A DNA stretch of 64,000 bases, taken from positions 595 through 64,594 of the forward strand of contig JANNYA010000066.1 in the NCBI GenBank assembly GCA_031409855.1, given 5' to 3'. The notes below the pieces were generated by a model, which was not told where the DNA came from, made no database searches, and saw nothing but the letters and a program-made list of their open reading frames with translations. Origin of the DNA: Rhodanobacteraceae bacterium. Its GTDB lineage: Bacteria > Pseudomonadota > Gammaproteobacteria > Xanthomonadales > SZUA-5. Numbering within the stretch: the stretch's first letter is position 1; each line of letters starts with the position of its first letter. Shown piece by piece: positions 1-6,536 of this stretch. The translations under genes and the position numbers were made by a program.

Positions 1-1
1 C

Positions 2-397
2 GAGGAACAAAAAATTATGTTTATCTTTTTGGCCTGTTTTCCGTTTATTTTTTCGGACGCCTGTGCGGCGGTGCTGAATGTGCCGGAGCGCTATGTCGAC
101 ACTGCGCGCACTTTGGGTGCTAGTGAGCGCCAAATCGTCCTAAAAGTATTGGTGCCGCTGGCCTTACCCGATATTTTTGCCAGTTTGCGCGCGTTGTTCG
201 GCCTGGCTTTTGGCTACATCATGTTGGCGGAATTAATCAACACAAAATTAGGGCTTGGCGCGGTTATCAATATGTCTGACCGCCGTGGCTTACCCGAAGA
301 CAAATACATGACCCTGATTGTCATTGCCCTGCTCGCTTGGCTCATTGATCACGGCTTAGCCTGGTTGCAGCGCTTTCTATTTCCGTATAAAAACTGA
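2..397 (+). CDS. ABC transporter permease, C-terminal part (NitT/TauT-type); 5' end lies outside the window
   Basis: The frame is open to the window edge. The protein is hydrophobic and has the EAA-type cytoplasmic loop DTARTLGASERQIVLKVLVPLALP. Its TGA overlaps the ATG of the downstream ATPase (TGATG at 395-399). Confidence 0.8.
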   Translation, partial: EEQKIMFIFLACFPFIFSDACAAVLNVPERYVDTARTLGASERQIVLKVLVPLALPDIFASLRALFGLAFGYIMLAELINTKLGLGAVINMSDRRGLPEDKYMTLIVIALLAWLIDHGLAWLQRFLFPYKN

Positions 398-1275
398 TGA
401 ACACTGACCCTAAAGTTGCTGGCGATTTGGCCCAGCCTAACGCCGTAGCGCCAGCAACCAGCACCGTGACCGCGCAAGCGCGGTCAGCGGTGGTTGAGTT
501 TCGCAATGTAACCAAGACTTTCGAGGGCGCAAAACCCTTTACCGCGATCAAAAACGTGACCTTCAAAATTGAAGATCACGCCGAGCGTGGCGAGTTCGTG
601 TGCATTCTTGGCCCCTCAGGTTGCGGCAAAAGCACGGTGTTGCGCACCATTGCGGGCTTGACGCCGCAGTATCCGCAAACCAGCGGTGAGGCGCTGGTGT
701 TTGGCAGGCCAGTCACGCCGTCGAGCAGCGACCGCGGCATGGTGTTTCAGGACTACAGCAGCTTTGATCACCGCACAGTACTGGACAACATCGCCTTTGG
801 CTTGGAATGTCAGGGCATGGCTAAGCCCGAGCGGCATGCCTTGGCAATGGATTGGATCGGCAAAGTCGGCTTGAGCCGCGACAAAGACGCGCTGAAGTAT
901 CCGCATCAACTTTCTGGCGGCATGCGCCAACGCGTTGCGATTGCGCGCACACTGATTTTGAAGCCGCGCATTATTTTGATGGATGAGCCCTTTGGTGCGC
1001 TGGATCCAGCCACGCGTTTATCGATGCAAGATTTGTTGCTCAAGCTGTGGCATGAGCAGCAAGCCAGCGTATTTTTCATCACCCACGATGTCGAAGAAGC
1101 AGTATTTCTGTCGGATCAAGTGCTGATCATGTCACCGGCGCCAGGCACCATTCTTGAGCAACGTGCGATGACTCGAAGTACGCTGCCCGCGCGCGAAGCG
1201 CAGCGCGAGGCTGGGTTTTTAAGCCACGTTTTTGCGCTACGGGATGTGATGGAAAAATTGGAACAGCCTAGGTAG
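397..1275 (+). CDS. ABC transporter ATP-binding protein (nitrate/sulfonate/taurine-type)
   Basis: Walker A GPSGCGKST, ABC signature LSGGMRQR and Walker B ILMDEPF are present. The gene is coupled to the upstream permease. Confidence 0.9.
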   Translation: MNTDPKVAGDLAQPNAVAPATSTVTAQARSAVVEFRNVTKTFEGAKPFTAIKNVTFKIEDHAERGEFVCILGPSGCGKSTVLRTIAGLTPQYPQTSGEALVFGRPVTPSSSDRGMVFQDYSSFDHRTVLDNIAFGLECQGMAKPERHALAMDWIGKVGLSRDKDALKYPHQLSGGMRQRVAIARTLILKPRIILMDEPFGALDPATRLSMQDLLLKLWHEQQASVFFITHDVEEAVFLSDQVLIMSPAPGTILEQRAMTRSTLPAREAQREAGFLSHVFALRDVMEKLEQPR

Positions 1276-1305
1276 TTTCGCCCGGAGTTTGTTCGCGCCC
1301 AGATC

Positions 1306-1596
1306 GTGTCGAATCTTGCCGAATCAAGTCGAATCTGGTGGTTTGCGCTCGCACTGATTGCGCTGCTTGCTGTTGTCGCTGGCACCGGCGCGCAGGCGCC
1401 AAGTTTTACTTCCGTTGCTGCGGAGTCTGTAGCCCCAACTTCGCTGGCTCCAGCTTCGCTCGCGTCAGTACCAACGCCACCGGCACGAAAAAATCCCGAA
1501 TTAACCCTGGCCCAACTTGCACGCGGTCGCGGGCTTTTGGCCGCAGGAGGCGCGAATTATCTGCAAACGAACGATCAAACGGTAGTGCGTCGCTGA
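1306..1596 (+). CDS. hypothetical small membrane-anchored or secreted protein; may be a truncated gene at the islet edge
   Basis: The N-terminus has a hydrophobic segment (WWFALALIALLAVVAG) followed by an Ala/Pro/Ser-rich region. I recognise no family and see no clear RBS. Confidence 0.25.
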   Translation: MSNLAESSRIWWFALALIALLAVVAGTGAQAPSFTSVAAESVAPTSLAPASLASVPTPPARKNPELTLAQLARGRGLLAAGGANYLQTNDQTVVRR

Positions 1597-1692
1597 CGAC
1601 TAACGACCTGGGGCTATACAGACTGATGTAATGAACCCGTAATTTTCTACGATCAGTATTTGATGCGGTAATGCGCCCTAAGTTCGTGGGTC

Positions 1693-1717
1693 ATTCCCGC
1701 GTACTTTTGGCGGGAAT
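1693..1717. repeat. REP-like hairpin (ATTCCCGC-N9-GCGGGAAT)
   Basis: A perfect 8-bp inverted repeat lies in an intergenic region. The core GTCATTCCCGCG...GGCGGGAATCC resembles short palindromic intergenic repeats common in proteobacteria. Confidence 0.5.
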
Positions 1718-2079
1718 CCAATCCAGTGCCCGCGCCTCCCGAAGTTCTAGCGCGGTGCGACGACCCGCCAACAATGTCTGCTAACAGCGGTTTTGCAGCA
1801 CCTCGTGCCTACGCTAACCGCCCGATTCGACAGTTTTCGTCAAATTTTCGGGCCTTTTGCCCGTTGTTCTAGCGTTTTGTCATGCGCTTATAAGCACTTT
1901 GTAATCGCTTTGGAATGCTCCGGTAGGCAGTGCGCGCCGAATATCGAGCCCGGCAACCAAGCAACCTATTGCCGTAATCAACCAAGTCGAATCAACTAAG
2001 CGTAGTCAACTAAGGAGGATCATTATGAAAAAGCGTATCACTCCGCCCACCCCCATCTACCCAAAAACGTCGCGGTTTG

Positions 2080-2970
2080 CTAGGCCAGCGGCCGCCAGTT
2101 GTGCGGTAATAGCTCGCTAATATCGCGATCTTTAGTTGTTGGCAACCGCGTTAGCACGTCGGTCAAATAGGCTTGCGAGTTGACACCACAGGCTTTTGCC
2201 GTTGCCAACAAACTCATGATCGCCGCTGCACGCTCGCCGGCTTTGGCGGAGCCTGCAAATAGCCAGTTCTTGCGGCCTAGTGCAATTGGACGGATCGCGT
2301 TTTCCACCGCGTTATTGTCAATCGGATAGCGCCCGTCCTCCAAAAAGCGTAGGAAACTCGCTTCCCGCCGCAGCAGATAATCAATCGCGTTACCCGTGCT
2401 TGAATTTGAACTCACCTGCGGCCTGATTTTCTTGAGCCAAACGAATAAGTTCTCGGCGTCTACTTGGGTTTGAGCTTGGCGGTACGCAGTGCGTTCTTCC
2501 TTGATCATTTCCTTCGCCACGCGTTCGTGCTCATACAGCGCCCCGATCCGTGTCAGCGCTTCGTATGCAATCGGGCTTTGATTGGCTTTGTGCAGCTCGA
2601 AAAACTTGCGCCTTGCATGCGCCCAACAAGCAATTTCGCGCATCGGGGTGTCGCGAAAAAGCGCTTTGTAACCAGCAAAATCATCGACCACGAGCGCGCC
2701 GGTGTAGCCTTCTAAAAACGCGGCCGCGTGCGTGCCGGATCGGCTGGTCTGAAAGTCAAACACCACCATCGGTGCAGCGCCTAACTCGGCGCTGCGATAG
2801 GCAAATAAATACGCACGCTTGGTGGTTTGCGAACGCTCTTTTGCGCCGGGATTCAACATCTGAATCGGCGTCTCATCCACGTGCAAAACCGCCTGTTCGT
2901 AGAGCTGTTTGCGCAGGTACGCGACCAGCGGCTTCAGCGCGACACCGACCTTGCCAATCCACTCTGCCAA
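2080..2970 (-). pseudogene. IS66-family transposase TnpC, N-terminally truncated
   Basis: The 296-aa ORF contains the IS66 DDE-region hallmarks VDETPIQML, CWAHARRKF and NNAVENAIRPIALGRKNWLF. Full-length TnpC is roughly 500 aa, and the N-terminal zinc-finger part is missing. Confidence 0.8.
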
Positions 2971-3190
2971 GCGGCTGCACCGCCACGTACCAAGCCCTAG
3001 GTTGCAACATCAGCGCAAACCCAACAGCACGTCCGCCAACCAGCGCGGCGCAACATCGCGCGGCAAACGCAACTGCGCACCACTAAACGAAAGCACTAAA
3101 TCACCCGGCACCACGCCGTCACCGTCTGACCGCTACGCGCATGCGCCGATAACCGCGCCTGCCACTGTACTTTTGCACCCTGCGACATCT
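2080..3190 (-). mobile_element. Degraded IS66-family element with internal deletions (orf1 remnant, a few codons of tnpB, C-terminal ~55% of tnpC)
   Basis: Reading the minus strand from 3188 gives MSQGAKVQWQARLSAHARSGQTVTAWCRVI-stop, then LSFSGAQLRLPRDVAPRWLADVLLGL in another frame. This matches the IS66 orf1 pattern. A few tnpB-like codons follow, then the text runs straight into the middle of TnpC. The element ends are not defined. Confidence 0.7.
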
Positions 3191-3237
3191 CAAATACCAT
3201 TGCGTTCAATAGAGTCCGTACGCTGGCAGATTAGGGC

Positions 3238-3630
3238 TTGGGTTGGTATGTGGGGTTGGGCGGAGGGATACGCTACACCAGCGTAAAGGTGCTCAATCAG
3301 CAGCTGCGCAAAAACCCAGAGCGCGCAAATCAGTCGTTAATGCCGTTGGTTGGCGCGCGATCTTTCAATTTGCCCGATATCTCGTTGGCGGATTACATTG
3401 AGCTTGTCGATTTTACTGGCCGCGAACTGCATCCCGGCAAACGCGGCAAGATTGAAGCGAGCGAGCCGAAGGCGCTGCGCAAATTGGGTTTGACGACGCG
3501 TGTCAAAGGCATTGGCTCGGGCTACTGGCGCGTGGTCGGGGAATTGGAATAGTTGATCGATAAGGCGAAGGAAATCAGTCAGCGCACGCTGTTTGGCATT
3601 GGATTTGCCCGGATTTTGAACAAAATTTAA
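3238..3630 (+). pseudogene. C-terminal remnant of a Y1 (IS200-like, COG1943/RAYT-type) transposase with an in-frame stop
   Basis: LADYIELVDFTGRELHPGKRGKI...LRKLGL...WRVVGELE matches the conserved C-terminal tail of this family. After the TAG at 3550-3552 the same frame continues with a plausible tail (LIDKAKEISQRTLFGIGFARIL). The N-terminal catalytic domain is absent. Confidence 0.5.
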
Positions 3631-3967
3631 GTCGACATTGGGTTATTTTTTATGCCGCGCTTGCGGCTGGGCGTGTTGGCTTTTGATTTGTTTTGGCTTG
3701 GATTTTCGGCGAATTTGATAGGGAAATAAGAGGATGCGAGCGGTTTTTAAGGCTGCTGGCATTTTTAAGTCTGAGACCTGGGTGTCCGGCGTTACTGCAA
3801 GATTTAAGTCGACATTGGGTCATTGTTTTTGCCGCGTTTGCGGCTGGCGGTGTTCGTTTTTGATTTGTTTTGGCTTGGATTTTCGCCGAATTTGATAGGG
3901 CGATAAGAGAATGCCGCCGGTATTAAGGCTGCTGGCATTTTTAAGTCTGAGGCCTGGGTGTCCGGCG
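3628..3967. repeat. Tandem direct repeat, 2 units of ~164 bp (3628-3791 and 3805-3967), period 176-177 bp
   Basis: By-eye alignment gives roughly 85-90% identity with one 1-nt indel. The 13-nt linker and the first ~12 nt of a third unit (3968-3990) resemble the unit junction and overlap the stop codon of the 3978-4820 gene. Confidence 0.9.
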
Positions 3968-3977
3968 CGATGACAAA

Positions 3978-4820
3978 TTAGACGACACAGCGGCCCACCT
4001 GTTGTAGGTTTTGGTCGAACATCATCCCGCCCTTGGTGCTCCGGTGAAACCAATTGCTCCTATTATTTATAATATCTTCCCTAAGCTCGTCGGTAATTCG
4101 CAGTTGGCTCGGTTCCATACAAGAAAAAACAGCCTCGTCAATAAAGCGTTTGGATATGATATCTACGTGTTCATTTTTGCGCACGCAAAGATAAAGTTGG
4201 CCTTTGCTATGCAAGGACTCCACTAAACTATCAAATGACATTATGTGAAAGTCATCTGCCTCGCGCGCCCTGATTAATCCTCTTTTTAGTTCGCTTCCTT
4301 CAAATTCTGAGCGACGACCATGAACAAGTACATATTTGATATAGCACTTGTTGCGCCTCATGATTTCGGGAACTCTTACTGACGCGATCGTGCTGTCAAT
4401 GAAGCCGATCAGATTTGCCTGGTTATCAAACCATGCTCGCCACCGAGCGATTTGATCCAGACCCGCGAGAAATTCAGGATGCAGATCAGTGGAATTATCT
4501 TTGAAGTAACGTGAACGTGGTTTTTCTATTTCGACGAAAACAAGATTCCAGTCTGCCGAGCTCTTTGATAAATAGAAGAAATCTGGGGCGTAGTCTTTTG
4601 CAAGCGAGATTTTTCTGAAAACCATATCGAAATGAATGCCGTGGTTCTGAATAAATTCTCTAGGAATGAGTGACGTATTTTCTTCAATGTAGTTTTGATA
4701 TGCCTGCTCAGGAAGGTCTTCTTCGAGCATTCGAATAAATTTGTTTTTGATGTTATGTAACTCGTGTGGGTCTAGTCGCACATTTATCCAATGTTGTTTA
4801 ACGCTTAATTCCGCCGACAT
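3978..4820 (-). CDS. DUF4263 / Shedu (SduA)-like PD-(D/E)xK nuclease-domain protein
   Basis: The family pattern is visible: EQAYQNYIEENTSLIP, APDFFYL(D80)...LVFVEIEK(E97-K100)P, VLVHGRRSEF and HIMSFDSLV. GGAGG lies 3 nt before the ATG. The sequence is AT-richer than its flanks. Confidence 0.6.
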   Translation of the reverse strand: MSAELSVKQHWINVRLDPHELHNIKNKFIRMLEEDLPEQAYQNYIEENTSLIPREFIQNHGIHFDMVFRKISLAKDYAPDFFYLSKSSADWNLVFVEIEKPRSRYFKDNSTDLHPEFLAGLDQIARWRAWFDNQANLIGFIDSTIASVRVPEIMRRNKCYIKYVLVHGRRSEFEGSELKRGLIRAREADDFHIMSFDSLVESLHSKGQLYLCVRKNEHVDIISKRFIDEAVFSCMEPSQLRITDELREDIINNRSNWFHRSTKGGMMFDQNLQQVGRCVV

Positions 4821-4853
4821 TCGCCTCCGAAAACCAATACAGAGGATTCTTAG

Positions 4854-5411
4854 CTATGCCTTACCGTCGGGAAATGCTTCAGCCGCACTCCGGATACGAT
4901 TCATAGATTTACGAATATCATGAGTAAATGCAGAAAACCAACTGGTCTGAACATTTTCTACCATGGCCCAAGGCTTGCCTTTATTATCTATTGGATATCT
5001 GAAGACTTGATCTAGCGGCCGAGCTTTCAGATTTTCCCTAATGGCCAATGCTCTTTCCGAATCATTTCCGCCTATAACTTGAGTCGTAAACGGGATGCTC
5101 CAAACATATTCCGGCTCTGGAAAACATTTGTGAAACTCGATGCTCAGTTCTTCAAGTTTGTGGGAAACAAATTTTGCGGCTGGATCACGCAAAACAATCA
5201 TGCCTTTAAGAAATTGCTCGATACTTAACCGCGCATTGAACATGCAAGCCGACGCGATAAAATCTGGAATACGCTCAGTTGATATATCTGCAGCCAGCAA
5301 CTCGGCGGCTTTCAAATAAGCGTTCGCTAAGCCGAGGAACGATTCTGTGGTGCTAATTATTTCATTCACCTGAAACCTCCTACCCTGCATAATTTTGAAT
5401 TCAGCCGACAT
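4854..5411 (-). CDS. hypothetical all-helical protein, HEPN-like; the likely true start is the GTG at 5369
   Basis: The core ANAYLKAAELL...FNARLSIEQFLKGMIVLRDPAAKFVSHKLEELS resembles non-canonical HEPN domains, but there is no clean Rx4-6H motif. AGGAGG (5376-5381) lies 6 nt upstream of the GTG at 5369. The gene sits 33 nt upstream of the DUF4263 gene. Confidence 0.5.
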   Translation of the reverse strand: MSAEFKIMQGRRFQVNEIISTTESFLGLANAYLKAAELLAADISTERIPDFIASACMFNARLSIEQFLKGMIVLRDPAAKFVSHKLEELSIEFHKCFPEPEYVWSIPFTTQVIGGNDSERALAIRENLKARPLDQVFRYPIDNKGKPWAMVENVQTSWFSAFTHDIRKSMNRIRSAAEAFPDGKA

Positions 5412-5483
5412 CCGGCTCGGGAACCGACGTTAGCGCGATACCGCCGAATGCCGCTTGGAATGTGTTGTAGGAGCGATCCACTG

Positions 5484-6410
5484 CTAAGCCAAAGCACCAC
5501 AGCAATGCCTAATCTTAACCCCGCTTCCGCAGGGACAAAGACTATTGCGTGATCTGTGGCTATGCGTGAGCTCGCGAATGGCGTCTTCGAGGACAAGCAA
5601 TTCTGAGCTCAAAATGACCAATCCTAGATTGTTGGGGATGGAGCCAACGGCCATCGCCTTTGTATCGGTAGGGACTTCGACGATTACGACCTCGCCGGTT
5701 GTGGTGTGTTGGGGTCCGGCGTAGAGAGTGCCTAGGAGTGCAATACGGCTTCCGATGCATACGGTGCCCGATGGTTCTATGAAGCTCCCGATGTTTGCAA
5801 GAAATACCGGCGAGCCCGAAGAGCCAGGAAAACACGCGGCGTCGATAAGAAACTCAGGCTTGCCATTCAAGGGCAAGCGTGGATGCGTGGCTGTAATGCC
5901 CCGTCGGATAATCGGAAGGTTGTGGTTCTGATCCCACATACCGTTTGGATATCCTATCATCACAATTTCTTCCATGATCGACAGCGAATTTAGAAGCGAC
6001 TGGTTGGGAACTAATGTCCGGTCGAGAGCAACAAAGTGATAGGCAGTTCCTTTTTTGCTCGCGGCGTTTAGGACTGCGCCGATTGGCAGTGCAATTAGAT
6101 CCACCGAATCATTTGGATGAGCGATGCATAGCGCATCAAGGCCGTGAACTGTGACCGCCTCGTGTCTTCCAATGTCTGGGCCACCGCCGTCCGCTCGAAG
6201 TGTCAAGTTAAATACCGCTCGCACCGCGTTCCTAAGCACGTGCTTATTAGTCACGATGCACGGCGCGCTACTACCGTCTTCTGTCTCGCAGAAGCGGTAA
6301 ACATATCCGGTCCCGGAGGAGGCCGCGCCGTTAGCATCGTACGCAAGGATTCGGACCGTGCTGTGCACGAGCATTGAGATCGGATCAACGTACGAAGCCA
6401 TCGAGATCAC
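5484..6410 (-). CDS. cytoplasmic trypsin-like (S1/Trypsin_2) serine protease with a C-terminal SEC-C zinc-binding motif
   Basis: The catalytic contexts are TNKHV (His), SVDLIALPI (Asp) and GSSGSPVF (Ser). The C-terminal CPCGSGVKIRHCCG matches the SecA C-terminal metal-binding motif. There is no signal peptide. Confidence 0.8.
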   Translation of the reverse strand: MISMASYVDPISMLVHSTVRILAYDANGAASSGTGYVYRFCETEDGSSAPCIVTNKHVLRNAVRAVFNLTLRADGGGPDIGRHEAVTVHGLDALCIAHPNDSVDLIALPIGAVLNAASKKGTAYHFVALDRTLVPNQSLLNSLSIMEEIVMIGYPNGMWDQNHNLPIIRRGITATHPRLPLNGKPEFLIDAACFPGSSGSPVFLANIGSFIEPSGTVCIGSRIALLGTLYAGPQHTTTGEVVIVEVPTDTKAMAVGSIPNNLGLVILSSELLVLEDAIRELTHSHRSRNSLCPCGSGVKIRHCCGALA

Positions 6411-6536
6411 TGTAAATACAAATAAACGGGCATGAGTAGCATGCTGTCTTCAATCTCCCTGCAAATCAAGCCTTACCTAATGCCAATCGCCGATAAATCT
6501 GAGGTTGCGACTTGGCCTGTGCCTTCGCTTCGCCCC

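Noticed and set aside
2464-3286. Plus-strand ORFs 2464-2715, 2550-3086 and 2909-3286 (83-178 aa) across the IS66 remnant
   Set aside because: They are antisense shadows of the transposase reading frames. They are Arg/Ala/Pro-rich and low-complexity, with no RBS and no recognisable family.
3628-3967. Possibility that the tandem repeat is a CRISPR array or a REP/BIME cluster
   Set aside because: There are only two large (~164 bp) units separated by a 13-nt linker. There are no short repeat-spacer alternation, no unique spacers and no cas genes. The units are far longer than REPs.
3820-4053. 77-aa minus-strand ORF spanning tandem-repeat unit 2 and the 3' end of the DUF4263 gene
   Set aside because: It is built from repeat DNA, overlaps a much better gene in another frame, and has a basic low-complexity composition. 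It is an artefact of the repeat.
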